From Gammaproteobacteria bacterium Ga0077536 (GTDB lineage: Bacteria; Pseudomonadota; Gammaproteobacteria; Ga0077536): a stretch of DNA of 64,000 nt. Positions 30,816 to 40,777 of this stretch are shown in pieces (within the stretch, counting starts at the first letter, position 1; each line of letters starts with the position of its first letter). A model generated the notes under the pieces. That model was not told the origin of the DNA. It made no database searches and saw only the letters and a program-made list of their open reading frames with translations. Where the stretch lies: positions 21,407 through 85,406 of the forward strand of contig LNEL01000054.1 of NCBI GenBank assembly GCA_001464935.1. Direction: 5' to 3'. The position numbers were made by a program, and so were the translations under genes.

Positions 30816-31712
30816 ATGACCACTGACGCCGACCAGCCCCTGTACGAATCCTCCGTGACCAGCCTGCCGTTGCTCGGCCGCGGGAAGGTGCGCGACATCT
30901 ACGCGGTCAACGACGATCACCTGCTGATCGTCACCACCGATCGCCTGTCGGCCTTCGACGTGATCCTGCCGGACCCGATTCCGGGCAAGGGCGCCGTGCT
31001 GCAGGCGATGTCGCTGTTCTGGTTCCGGCATTTCGAGGATCTGGTGCCGCACCAGCTGTCGAAGCTCACGCTCGAGGACGTGCTGCCGGACGCCGCCGAG
31101 CGCGCGCCGCTCGAAGGTCGCGCCATGGTCGTCAAACGCCTGCGGCCGCTGATGGTCGAGGCGGTGGTGCGCGGTTACCTGATCGGCTCGGGCTGGAAGG
31201 ACTATCAGCAGAGCGGCGAGATCTGCGGCATCGCGCTGCCGCCGGGCATGCGCCAGGCGGAGCAACTGCCGGCCCCGCTGTTCACGCCGTCGACGAAGGC
31301 CGAGCAGGGCACACACGACGAGAACATCGACTTCGCGCGCTGCGAGGCGCTGCTCGGCCGTGATTACGCGCACAAGGTGCGCGAGCTCGCGCTGCGCATC
31401 TACAAGGACGCAGCCGCCTATGCTCGGACCCGCGGCATCATCATTGCCGACACCAAGTTCGAATTCGGCATCGACCGCAACGGCGAGGTCGTGCTGATCG
31501 ACGAAGTGCTGACGCCGGATTCCTCGCGCTTCTGGCCGTCGGATCAATACCAGGTCGGCACGAGCCCGCCGTCCTTCGACAAGCAGTTCGTGCGCGACTA
31601 CCTCGAAACCCTCGACTGGAACAAACAGGCACCGGCCCCGCGCCTGCCGCCCGAGATCATCGAGAAGACCGCCGCGAAGTACCGCGAAGCGCTGACGCGC
31701 CTGACGGGCTGA
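30816..31712 (+). CDS. purC: SAICAR synthetase (long type)
   Basis: [59 protein letters not shown]. Confidence 0.97.
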   Translation: MTTDADQPLYESSVTSLPLLGRGKVRDIYAVNDDHLLIVTTDRLSAFDVILPDPIPGKGAVLQAMSLFWFRHFEDLVPHQLSKLTLEDVLPDAAERAPLEGRAMVVKRLRPLMVEAVVRGYLIGSGWKDYQQSGEICGIALPPGMRQAEQLPAPLFTPSTKAEQGTHDENIDFARCEALLGRDYAHKVRELALRIYKDAAAYARTRGIIIADTKFEFGIDRNGEVVLIDEVLTPDSSRFWPSDQYQVGTSPPSFDKQFVRDYLETLDWNKQAPAPRLPPEIIEKTAAKYREALTRLTG

Positions 31713-31723
31713 TCGGCGCCGCG

Positions 31724-32290
31724 TCAATCTTCGTAGGTTGGGCTGACGCAGGAAGCCCAACAGCAGCGCTCACCGACGGTGAGCGCTTCTTCAGGCGCTT
31801 TACACCAATTCACGGGCAGCTCGCCGCGTGCAATGTAGCGATGAACGCTCGAATGTGGCCATTCCCACGGATCCCGCACCCACCCGTGCTTCGCCGGATT
31901 GTAATGAATGTAATCGATGTGCCTTGCGAGATCGTCGTCGTCTCGAATCGGATGTTCCCAATAGCGTCGCTGCCAGATCCCGCGCTCCCGCTTGGCCGCG
32001 CGGCTCGCACTCACCTGCTCGCGCTTCGTCATCTGGCGTGAGAAGCCAGATTTGATCAGCGACCACCGGAGCGGGTAGCCGGAGTCGCCCGGCGGCATTT
32101 GCCAGAGTGCGTGCAAGTGATCCGGCAGCACTACCATCGCCATGATAGAGAACGGAAGCGCACGCTTGATCGTGTGCATCACATTGCGGAGTGAATCGAC
32201 ATGCCGGACCAGCAAGTCCGACTGGCGGTCCGCGAGATTCACGCTAAAGAAAAAACTGCCGCCAGCTGCAATGGCTCTCCAATAGCGCAT
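31724..32290 (-). mobile_element. rayT: REP-associated tyrosine transposase (RAYT/TnpA-REP, IS200-like HUH Y1)
   Basis: GGSFFFSV, VVLPDHLHALW (HUH), RWSLIKSGFS, RERGIWQRRYWEH, DYIHYNPAKHG (catalytic Tyr), WPHSS. Flanked by inverted REPs. Confidence 0.93.
31733..31762 (+). repeat. REP at the 3' end of rayT
   Basis: Exact GTAGGTTGGGCTGACGCAGGAAGCCCAACA. Confidence 0.93.
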
Positions 32291-32330
32291 CGAGGTCTCC
32301 TTTCCCCGTCTGTTCCAGCGTCGATGCTGG

Positions 32331-32360
32331 TGTTGGGCTTCCTGCGTCAGCCCAACCTAC
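32331..32360 (-). repeat. REP upstream of rayT
   Basis: Exact reverse-complement copy of the family consensus. Confidence 0.93.
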
Positions 32361-32399
32361 GGCGATGTCGGGCTGACCGGAAGCTTGCGGCTACGTTGC

Positions 32400-32558
32400 T
32401 TGGACTGACACGGGAAGACCAACACGCAGTGCTGCGGCGAACGAGGAATCATGGTGCTCGTCGAACAAACGCATTCGATGGATTGCATGGTTCGGGCTGT
32501 GACGCCGCTGCCATTCTCTTGCGTCTGATGTTGGGCTTCCTGCGTCAGCCCCACCTAC
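32400..32558. repeat. Decayed REP doublet: degenerate + copy 32400-32424 and - copy 32529-32558
   Basis: TTGGACTGACACGGGAAGACCAACA matches the REP core at 21 of 25 positions and lacks GTAG. The partner has one stem mismatch. Confidence 0.72.
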
Positions 32559-32579
32559 AGGGCGGGCTGCGCAGGGCGA

Positions 32580-33275
32580 TCACGCGTCGCCGAAGTCCAC
32601 CCAGTCGCTGAGCGGCGCGCGTTCCGTGCGCAGGCTGTTTTCGATGGCGGTCGTGTCTTCCTGGCCGAGCGCCATGCCGACCAGCACTTTCTCCTCGGGC
32701 GGCAGCCCGAGTTCAGCGCCGATGATCGTGTGGAACTGCGTCCAGGCGAACTGCGGGCAGGTGTGCAGGCCGTGGCCGCGCGCGGCGGTCATCACGTTGC
32801 CGAGGAACATGCCGTAATCGATCCATGCCGCATAGCCGAGCGAGCGGTGGATCGTGAAGATCAGGCCGACCGGCGCGTCGAAGAAGCGGAAATTGCGCGC
32901 GTGCTGGCGGTGCGTGCGTTCGCGATCGCCTTTGCCGATGCCGAGCAGCCCGTAGAGATCCCAGCCGACCTTGCGTCGCCGGTCGATGAACGGCGACACC
33001 CATTCGCTCGGATAGATTGGAAACTCGCTGCGATACTTCTGTTCGGCTTCGGGGTCGTCGAACGCGGCGAGCACTTTTGCCGACAGCGCTTCCTTCTTCG
33101 CGCCCGTCAGCACGTGCACGCGCCAGGGCTGGATGTTCGTGCCCGACGCCGAGCGCGCCGCGACACGGAGGATCTCCTCGATGCTCGCGCGCGGCACCGG
33201 GGTCGGCAGGAACGCGCGCACGGAGCGGCGCGAAACGAGGGCCTCGTCGACGCAGGCCTGGTGTGAATCGGTCAT
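32580..33275 (-). CDS. Nitroreductase family protein
   Basis: SRRSVRAFL, SGTNIQPW, NFRFFDAPV, DYGMF, GLHTCPQ. Confidence 0.92.
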   Translation of the reverse strand: MTDSHQACVDEALVSRRSVRAFLPTPVPRASIEEILRVAARSASGTNIQPWRVHVLTGAKKEALSAKVLAAFDDPEAEQKYRSEFPIYPSEWVSPFIDRRRKVGWDLYGLLGIGKGDRERTHRQHARNFRFFDAPVGLIFTIHRSLGYAAWIDYGMFLGNVMTAARGHGLHTCPQFAWTQFHTIIGAELGLPPEEKVLVGMALGQEDTTAIENSLRTERAPLSDWVDFGDA

Positions 33276-33287
33276 GGTGTGGGTGGC

Positions 33288-34019
33288 TCAGTATTCGTCG
33301 GGATCGAGAATGTCCGGTGCGGCCGGATCGTAGGTCGGGCGTGGCCCGGGGTTCGGGATCGCTTCCAGCGTCATCGTGGGCGCGGCGGTCGGCGCCGCAG
33401 GCGTGACGACCCGCAGCAGTTCGAAGTTCCAGCGTTTGGGGTCTTCACGATGCACTTGGCGCACGATCATTTCCGCCGCCGGCGCGTACCAGCGCGTCAC
33501 GTGCGTAAAGCCGTTCTTCGGGCCCACCATCCATTTGTCCTGGCACTCGATGCGAAACGCGTCGAAGGTGCCGGCGCCAACCGTCACGGGCTCGAAGGCC
33601 TCGACGCGGCACTGGGCCTCGCCGTCCCACACCAGGTTGTTGAACGCGGTAAAGCCGGCGTAGCCCTGGCGCCAGTGGGCGCCGAGGGTCAGCGGAAACT
33701 TCAGGGCCGGCGCGAACGGCCGGAACTCGACGAGTTTGCGCCCCGCAGCATCGGTCACGTGCAGCGCATTGCCGTCGTGCGCGCCAGTCGTCTCGAGCCG
33801 ATGTTCGCCGCAGGTCGCGAGCGTGCCGCCGTCGGCGGTCAGCGCGGTCACGGTCCAGGTGGTGCAGTCCACGCCCATCAGCCGGCCGGCGTATTCGTGT
33901 GTGACCCCGAGCCGCGGGGCGGGCTGCGTGGCATCGGCCGCGGACGTGGCCCTGGCGCAGCACAGCGCAGCGATGACGAGGCAGGTCCTGCGGGTCGCGA
34001 ATGAGGTCGGGGTGCGCAT
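33288..34019 (-). CDS. Hypothetical secreted beta-rich protein
   Basis: Signal peptide. LKFPLTLGAHW, EPVTVGAGTFDAFRI, WYAP motifs typical of DUF3108/TapB-like exported proteins. Confidence 0.65.
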   Translation of the reverse strand: MRTPTSFATRRTCLVIAALCCARATSAADATQPAPRLGVTHEYAGRLMGVDCTTWTVTALTADGGTLATCGEHRLETTGAHDGNALHVTDAAGRKLVEFRPFAPALKFPLTLGAHWRQGYAGFTAFNNLVWDGEAQCRVEAFEPVTVGAGTFDAFRIECQDKWMVGPKNGFTHVTRWYAPAAEMIVRQVHREDPKRWNFELLRVVTPAAPTAAPTMTLEAIPNPGPRPTYDPAAPDILDPDEY

Positions 34020-34168
34020 CCGGTCATTCTGGCATGGTGCTCCGCCGCCCGTCAGCGCCGGGCCCGCGGTGGCCACGGGGAGGCGCCCGCGCCGCGCACC
34101 AGAATTTACATTTTCAACGGCGCCAGGGCGGAAATTCTCACTTGATCGATCCCGCCCCAGACGGTAGC

Positions 34169-34194
34169 GTACGGAACTGTATACGGTACCGTAT
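34169..34194. promoter_or_regulatory. Putative TetR operator (perfect 14-bp palindrome plus overlapping degenerate copy)
   Basis: ATACGGTACCGTAT at 34181-34194 and GTACGGAACTGTAT at 34169-34182. Confidence 0.55.
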
Positions 34195-34220
34195 GGGCCG
34201 GGCTGGCGAAGGCAGACGGC

Positions 34221-34790
34221 TCAACTATCCGACGGACGACAGATCAGCAGCTTGAACTGCCGCTCGGCGAGCGCATCGCGCAGGCCGGGGTCGATCACCA
34301 GCGAGGTCGTGTACTCACCGACCTGGTAGAAGTAGAGCGCGCGGGCCCGCAGCAGCGCCTCTTCATCGGTGAACTCGGCGGCACGGAACAGACGTGCGAG
34401 GTAATCGACGCGTTGCTGATCGACGGTGGCCACCGCCTGCGCCGCCCACTTGTTGAAGCGGGCGAACTCGCGCATCGCGATGTCGTGCCGGGAGTCCTCG
34501 GTGTGCTGGGTGAAGTCGATCACGGCCCTGATCTGGCCGGCGGGATCGTCGACCTGCTGCTCGGCAAGCCGCGCGATGAACGACAACTGTTGTTCACGCC
34601 ACCAGTCGACCATGGAACGCAGCAGATCGTCGCGATTGCGGAAGTGCCAATAGAAGCTGCCCTTGGTGAGCTTCAATTTGCGCGCCAGCACTTCGACCTT
34701 CACCTGGCCGATACCGAGCGCGAACAGGACATCGAGCGCCTTGCGCAGCCAGGCGTCTCGATCGAGCGGCTTCTTCGGTGTGCGCGTCAT
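34221..34790 (-). CDS. TetR/AcrR family regulator
   Basis: N-terminal HTH LARKLKLTKGSFYWHFRNRDDLL. Confidence 0.93.
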   Translation of the reverse strand: MTRTPKKPLDRDAWLRKALDVLFALGIGQVKVEVLARKLKLTKGSFYWHFRNRDDLLRSMVDWWREQQLSFIARLAEQQVDDPAGQIRAVIDFTQHTEDSRHDIAMREFARFNKWAAQAVATVDQQRVDYLARLFRAAEFTDEEALLRARALYFYQVGEYTTSLVIDPGLRDALAERQFKLLICRPSDS

Positions 34791-35062
34791 GCGAGGCGTT
34801 CATCAGGAAATGGAGGTTGCGACATTATAGGCAGCATGACGCCGGGGCTGGGGGCCCAGGCGAAGATAAACAGATTTCTCCAGTAACACTGGCCTAAAGC
34901 GCGACGCCATCGCGCTCCTCCTGTGGCGATAGCCCCGGGGCGGGTCCCCGCCGCCCCGTTTCTTTTCTCCGTGCCGCGCTGCGAGATTGTCTGCCCGCGC
35001 ATCAGCGCTTAGGCTCTGCCGGTTACCGCAGTCCACCACAGCCACCATTCGGGGAGACACGC

Positions 35063-35461
35063 ATGAGCGCCAGCGACAACAAGCAGATCGTCCGCAACAA
35101 TTTCGAACAACTGGCGCTCGGCAACGGCGCGCCACTGCTCGACAGCCTCGCCGACGACGTCCAGTGGACCATCATCGGGACGAGCGTGCTGTCGAAAACG
35201 TTCAAGGGCAAACAGGATGTGATCGACGGCCTGCTCGTGCCGTTTCGCGAGGCGCTGGTCGACGGCCATATCCACATTCACGTCGACAACCTGCTGGCCG
35301 ATGGTGATTACGTCGTCGTGCAGGGTCGCGGCGAAGCGATGACCAAACGCGGTGTCGCCTACAACAACACCTATTGCTGGGTGTACCAGTTCCAGCACGG
35401 CAAGATCAAGGCGCTGACGGAATATCTCGACACCGAACTCGTCACACGCGCCTTCGGCTGA
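35063..35461 (+). CDS. SnoaL/NTF2-like protein
   Basis: LADDVQWT, ADGDYVVV, YNNTYCWV, GKI...EYLDT. GGAG SD. Confidence 0.88.
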   Translation: MSASDNKQIVRNNFEQLALGNGAPLLDSLADDVQWTIIGTSVLSKTFKGKQDVIDGLLVPFREALVDGHIHIHVDNLLADGDYVVVQGRGEAMTKRGVAYNNTYCWVYQFQHGKIKALTEYLDTELVTRAFG

Positions 35462-35588
35462 GCGCCCGGTGTCATCGCGTCATCCGCGCTCGCGGATGAC
35501 GCGCGGGGGCCACCTGGTGCTCGCGACGTCGCACGCCTGTCATCTCCTCGCGGCACGCTCGACGTCGGGCAAGCACTGGAGTCCTGTC

Positions 35589-35780
35589 ATGCTGATGAGC
35601 GAGAACCGTTCCGTTTCCGTGGCCGAGCTGCATCGCGAGATGAATGCGCTGTGCGGCCTCGTGCACTTCGCGCGCGAGCGCTGTTATCCCGATGCGCTGA
35701 CCGCCCATCTCGAAGCCCTGCTCGCCGCGTCCGCGGCCGAGGCGAGCCGACGCTGTCGGCACGAGCAGGCAGCGGCCTGA
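35589..35780 (+). CDS. Small hypothetical protein
   Basis: GGAG upstream, helical 63-aa ORF filling the gap before gph. No recognised motif. Confidence 0.35.
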   Translation: MLMSENRSVSVAELHREMNALCGLVHFARERCYPDALTAHLEALLAASAAEASRRCRHEQAAA

Positions 35781-35790
35781 GTCTGCCGGC

Positions 35791-36465
35791 TCAGCCTGCC
35801 AGCAGCGGCAGGATGTCGAGCATGCGATCGACCAGCGCATCGGGTGCGTGGTCGGCGAGGCGGGCGTTCGGCGAGTAGCCGTAGGACACGCACAGCACGC
35901 GCGTGCCGGCGGCGCGCGCGGCTTTCAGATCCGCCATCGAGTCGCCGACCATCGTCGCCTGCGCGACCTCGACGCCGAGTTGCGCGAGCGCATGCAGCAG
36001 CGGCGCCGGATCCGGCTTTCTGACCGCCAGCGTGTCGCCGGCGACGGTGACGCTGAAGTAGTCCGCGAGTCCGAGCGCCGCGAGCAACGGCGTGGTGAAG
36101 CGCGCGGGTTTGTTCGTCACGCAGGCAAGGGCGTAACCGCGCGACTGCAGCGTGTCGAGCGTCTCGATGACGCCGGGATACGGTTTTGTGCGATCGGTCA
36201 GGCCGGCCGCGTAGTGACGAAAGAACCCGGCGTAAGCGGCCTCGAACAGCGGCTGTTCGGCGACGCCGTCCAGCTGTTCGGTGAGGCAGCGGTGAATGAG
36301 CCGCTCGGCGCCGCCGCCGATATAGCCGCAGATACGCTCGATGCCGCGTGGCGCAACGCCACAGTCGGTCAGCGCACGATCGGCGGCGGCGGCGATATCA
36401 GGCGCGCTGTCGACCAGCGTGCCGTCCAGATCGAACAGCACCGCGCGTGGCGCAAACGCGCTCAT
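35791..36465 (-). CDS. gph: Phosphoglycolate phosphatase
   Basis: FDLDGTLVDS, VTNKP, KPDPAP, MVGDS..D. Follows rpe. Confidence 0.93.
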   Translation of the reverse strand: MSAFAPRAVLFDLDGTLVDSAPDIAAAADRALTDCGVAPRGIERICGYIGGGAERLIHRCLTEQLDGVAEQPLFEAAYAGFFRHYAAGLTDRTKPYPGVIETLDTLQSRGYALACVTNKPARFTTPLLAALGLADYFSVTVAGDTLAVRKPDPAPLLHALAQLGVEVAQATMVGDSMADLKAARAAGTRVLCVSYGYSPNARLADHAPDALVDRMLDILPLLAG

Positions 36466-36496
36466 ACGGCCGGCGCTCATCGGGCCGAACGCCGGT

Positions 36497-37146
36497 TCAG
36501 CGGCCGCGGGCGCGAGCGATTTCCGCGCGCATCCTCGCCACCGTTGCCGCATAGTCCGGCGAGTTGAAGATCGCGGAGCCCGCGACGAAGGTGTCGGCGC
36601 CGGCAGCGGCAATCTCCCGAATGTTCTCGACCTTCACCCCGCCGTCGATCTCGAGCCGGATCGGCAGACCCGAGTCGTCGATCAGGCGGCGCGCCTCGGC
36701 AAGCTTGCCGAGCGCCGACGGAATGAACGACTGGCCGCCGAAGCCCGGATTCACCGACATCAGCAACACCATGTCGACCTTGTCGAGGACATAGCGCAGC
36801 GCGTCGAGCGGTGTGGCCGGATTGAACACGAGGCCGGCCTTGCAGCCGAGTTCGCGGATCAGCGCGAGGCTGCGATCGACGTGGCGGCTCGCCTCCGGAT
36901 GGAACGTGATATAGGTCGCGCCGGCTTTTGCTCGACCATCAGGTGCACGTCGATGGTCGCCGTGATGCCGTATTTGCGGAGCGCCGCGCAGACCATCGGT
37001 CCGATCGTCAGGTTCGGCACGTAATGGTTGTCCATCACGTCGAAGTGGACGAACTCCGTGCCTGCGGCGAGGACGGCATCGACCTCGGCGCCGAGGCGCG
37101 CGAAATCGGCGGACAGGATCGAAGGAGCAATGACGTCGGCTTGCAT
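36497..37146 (-). pseudogene. rpe: Ribulose-phosphate 3-epimerase, frameshifted by an internal deletion (real or assembly error)
   Basis: N-half APSILSADF...[14 protein letters not shown]...DVHLMVE. C-half [13 protein letters not shown]...[10 protein letters not shown]...DGG in another frame. Junction at about 36930. Confidence 0.88.
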
Positions 37147-37295
37147 GCGGGTAATCCGTGGCAGGGAGGCGCCGGCACTTTACCGGAAAGCGCTGCGGCC
37201 GGGCAGCCGAGGGTACAGGCGCCGCGGCAGCGGGCCGCTATCGGGATGGGGGGCTGACGGGCGGCTCCGAAAATCTTCTCCTGGAGTACTGATCG

Positions 37296-38297
37296 ATGTG
37301 TCTGCGGGTGGTGGCGTGGTGTCTGCTGACAGGGCTGGCCGGCCTGGCCGTGGCGGCGGAACCGGCCGCGCCGACGAAGGAGGAGCCTGCGAAGGAGGAG
37401 CCTGCGAAGGAGGAGCCTGCGACGGACAGCGCAGCGGCGGCTGCGGCGGACGCCGCGGCGCAGGCCGCAGAAGAAGGCGGGCAGTCGTCGCCAGCCGCGC
37501 CGACCGCCGACGCCGGTCGCGAGGCCGAGATCGCCGCCATGCTGCCCCGGCTGGCGACCGACGACGAGCTCCGTTGGCTCGAGGCCGGGAGTACGAAGTT
37601 CTTCGCGTTCAGTCGCAAGCCGAAGCAGGGTGAACCGCGCGGAGCGATTCTGATCGTGCCCGCTGCCGGCGAGTTCATCGACGAGCGTGCCCTGACTCGG
37701 ACGCTGCGCAGCCTGCCACCGGCCGGCGGTTTTGCGACCCTGGCGCTGCAGCCACCGCTCAGTCCCGCCGTCGCACCGGCAGCGGAGGCCGCCGTCGACG
37801 CCGCGGCGCAGACGGCCGTCGCAGAGGACCCGGGCGCCGCCGCCTCGACGCCGGCCGCGCCTGAGTCCGTTGCGGTCCATGCCGATTTCTGCCCGCGCAT
37901 CGCCGCCGCCCTGGCGGCGCTCGAGGGCGACGGCGCGCCGCTGCTCGCGATCGCTGCCGCCGGCGACAGCGTGCCGGCCGTGCTCGCCTGCTATCCCGAC
38001 GGCCTGCCGTCTGGCGTCGGCGCGTTTGCCGCGATCGGCGGCTGGCAGGGCAGTCTGGCCGCGCTGAAAGTGCCGACAATCGAGTTCGTGCCGGGGCGCG
38101 ATCCCGCCGCCGTCGCCGCCGCCAATCGCCGCGAAGCCGTGCCGCTGCGTGACGATGAGCCGCCCCGCCGGCGCGTGGATCTCGACGGCGTCGATCGCTC
38201 GTTCGCCGGTGCCGATGTCGAAATCGCCAAGCGCCTGCGCGGTTGGCTCGAACGCTTGCCGCCGCCCGCCGCCGACACCGCCGCGACGGCTGACTGA
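37296..38297 (+). CDS. Exported alpha/beta-hydrolase-fold-like protein (DUF3530-like)
   Basis: Signal peptide, Ala/Glu-rich linker, PRGAILIVP, LRSLP..GFATLALQPP, KRLRGWL. Confidence 0.6.
   Translation: MCLRVVAWCLLTGLAGLAVAAEPAAPTKEEPAKEEPAKEEPATDSAAAAAADAAAQAAEEGGQSSPAAPTADAGREAEIAAMLPRLATDDELRWLEAGSTKFFAFSRKPKQGEPRGAILIVPAAGEFIDERALTRTLRSLPPAGGFATLALQPPLSPAVAPAAEAAVDAAAQTAVAEDPGAAASTPAAPESVAVHADFCPRIAAALAALEGDGAPLLAIAAAGDSVPAVLACYPDGLPSGVGAFAAIGGWQGSLAALKVPTIEFVPGRDPAAVAAANRREAVPLRDDEPPRRRVDLDGVDRSFAGADVEIAKRLRGWLERLPPPAADTAATAD
37375..37422 (+). repeat. In-frame 15-bp tandem repeat x3 (KEEPA)
   Basis: CGAAGGAGGAGCCTG three times, exact. Confidence 0.9.
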
Positions 38298-38351
38298 CAA
38301 TCCGGCCCTCCGGTGCGCTGGTCCCGCGCGCCGGGGCCAGCATCGAACCTG

Positions 38352-40613
38352 CTACAACCGGCTGACGAACGTCACGATGCGCTGATGCGTCTCGCCGATG
38401 TTCTCGTTGACGATGCCGTGGCGGCGCGTCGGTACCCAGTGCAGTGACTTGTCGACGCTGCCAATCCGCTCGAAGACCTGCTGCGCACTCTGCGGGTCGA
38501 CGACGTGATCCTCGTCGCCCTGCAGGATCAGCGCGGGACAGCGCACGGCCGGCAGCTGCTCCCTCAGATGCGCGACCATGCGCGTCAGTTCGTACAGGCC
38601 GCGAACGGGCATGTGCCGGTAGTTGATGTCCGGGTGTTCGGGATCGTTGGGTCGGAACGGCAGCACGCCCTCGTGGCTCGACACCCATTCGATCAGCTGG
38701 TTGGCGCCATGCACGAACGGCACGAAGCGCATGTTGCGATTGCGGAAGCGCAGCGGCGTCGAGCACGCGACAACGCCCTTGAGCCCGGCCGGCGCGCCGG
38801 CCGCATGCAGCAGGCTCAGGGCCGCGCCGGTCGAGAAGCCGACGAGACAGATCTCGTCGCAGTAGCCGCCCAGGATCTCGTAACCGCGCGCGATGCTCGC
38901 GAGCCAGTCGCGCCAGGCACGTTCGCGCAGATCCCACGGCGAAGTGCCATGGCCCTTCAGGCGTACCGCCAGCACGCGGAACTGCGCCTGCACCAGCCGC
39001 TCGGCCAGCGGCCGCACTTCGGCCGGTGAGGCGAGGAAGCCGTGAGCGAGCAGCACGCCGATCCGTTGCGGGCGCGCCGGATGCAGCAGATATGGCGTGG
39101 CATCGGCGGTCGCCGACTCGCGCGCGTTGATCTCGCGATGTTTCTGCTTGTTGAACAGCCGGCGATCCCATTCATGTTCGATGCGGATGTCGTCGAACGC
39201 GAGATCGGCGAAGTCGCGCGCCGTGTGTGCGTCATGGGCAGCAAAGGCCGATGCCACGGCCTGCCGCACCTCGGGCAAGGGTTCGACCTCGTTCGCATAG
39301 ACTTCGATCGGGTTCTCGAGCCGGATGCTGTCGAAGTCGTGATCCTGGCGCAACTTTTCGAGCAGACGGATCGAGCCGTCCTGCAGTTCGATCAACTGCG
39401 CGCTGGCGGCCGCCTGCAGGAACTCGCGCAGCTCCGTCGACTCGCCGTCGATGAGCTGGCGATAGATGTGCGGGTTGTAGAGACTGCGATGCAGGTGGAT
39501 ATGGCTGCTCGGCTGCAGCTTCTTGAGCGCGAGATAAATCATCCGCGCCAGCCGCTGCTGCCCGAGGCTGGTGGCGCCGTGCTCGAGGGCCACCAGCAGC
39601 AGGCGCGCCGCGAGGTGGCTCATGTTCACCGTGACTTCGCGATAGATGTCGCGCATGTATCGGTCGCGCAGCGCGTCGACGGAATGATTGAGACGGCGCG
39701 CGGCGAGACGCCGCAGCGTCGAATGCGTCAGGTACTCGCGCGAGTAGATGGCGTCCAACGACGGCAGTCCGCGCGCGATCAGTCGCGCCGACTGGCGTTC
39801 CAGCCAGCGCCAGTGTGCGTCGGCGCGCACCGGATCACCGAGGCGGATGTCCATGTCGGTGGCCTTGAAGAACAGGTTGCCCTCGACGATCAGTTCCTCG
39901 ATCGCACGTGGCGACAGCTTGCCGAACACCAGATCCGCGCCCCGGCGCAGGAAGTTGTCGTCCACACGCAGCGGGTAGAACGTGATGTTGGCGGGCACCA
40001 CCGTCACCGGTCGGCGCGCGCGCTCGATCAGCAGCTGCGTCGACGGCAGACCCAGCGCCTCTGCCCAATGCTCGACGTCGGCCTGTCGCCCGCGCTCGAG
40101 CCGCTCGAGCACGGCCTGCTTGAACACCTGCAAACCCACCGCCAGCCGCGCGGCACCCGAATGATGTTTGCGCCGTGCACGGGCCGAACGCGAGTACACG
40201 CTGTAATCGCCGTTGGCATCGATGACCTGGCGGTCCTTGACCATCCCGCCCTCGGGGAAGATCACGATCTTGCGACCTTTGAGGATGTCGATCGCCAGCA
40301 GGCTCAGCAGATCCGGGTGATCGTTGGGCACCGCGCCGACATCGCGCAGCAGCCCCGCGAGCCGGGCGCTGCCGCGGAAGAACTCGGCCGACGCCACCGA
40401 GCGGCAGAGCGCGCCGGTGGCTTCATAGATGCAGTACTGGGGAATGAAGGTTTCGGCGCGGGCGAAATGGTTGAACAGGAAGATGTCACCGGCGTCGATC
40501 TGGCCCTCGTTGTGATGCAGCAGGATCCGGACGCCGAGCAGCTTCTTCGCCCGCTCGAACAACCGGACACACCAGTCATAGACCGGCTGATTCAGATCGT
40601 AATAATCCTGCAT
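38352..40613 (-). CDS. Acyltransferase (PlsB/PlsC-like) fused to alpha/beta-hydrolase esterase
   Basis: N-terminal FNHFARAE and IFPEGG. C-terminal AHGFLASP, GHGTS, GFSTG, QGDEDHVV, RHG. Confidence 0.78.
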   Translation of the reverse strand: MQDYYDLNQPVYDWCVRLFERAKKLLGVRILLHHNEGQIDAGDIFLFNHFARAETFIPQYCIYEATGALCRSVASAEFFRGSARLAGLLRDVGAVPNDHPDLLSLLAIDILKGRKIVIFPEGGMVKDRQVIDANGDYSVYSRSARARRKHHSGAARLAVGLQVFKQAVLERLERGRQADVEHWAEALGLPSTQLLIERARRPVTVVPANITFYPLRVDDNFLRRGADLVFGKLSPRAIEELIVEGNLFFKATDMDIRLGDPVRADAHWRWLERQSARLIARGLPSLDAIYSREYLTHSTLRRLAARRLNHSVDALRDRYMRDIYREVTVNMSHLAARLLLVALEHGATSLGQQRLARMIYLALKKLQPSSHIHLHRSLYNPHIYRQLIDGESTELREFLQAAASAQLIELQDGSIRLLEKLRQDHDFDSIRLENPIEVYANEVEPLPEVRQAVASAFAAHDAHTARDFADLAFDDIRIEHEWDRRLFNKQKHREINARESATADATPYLLHPARPQRIGVLLAHGFLASPAEVRPLAERLVQAQFRVLAVRLKGHGTSPWDLRERAWRDWLASIARGYEILGGYCDEICLVGFSTGAALSLLHAAGAPAGLKGVVACSTPLRFRNRNMRFVPFVHGANQLIEWVSSHEGVLPFRPNDPEHPDINYRHMPVRGLYELTRMVAHLREQLPAVRCPALILQGDEDHVVDPQSAQQVFERIGSVDKSLHWVPTRRHGIVNENIGETHQRIVTFVSRL

Positions 40614-40777
40614 GCCCTGCTCATCACCTTGTCGCGTCCCAGTGTAGGCTATTGCCTCGGGCGAGGGCATCCGAGCGCGGCCAGCATCGACACCGGGCGA
40701 ACGCCGGGCCGTTGCCACTGGCGAACGGCAGACGCCCGGCCGCCACACGCAGCAGACGACACGAGGAGCGAAAGACT

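Noticed and set aside
36920..36940. Programmed ribosomal frameshift in rpe at CAAAAG
   Set aside because: About nine conserved residues are physically missing, so frameshifting could not restore the protein.
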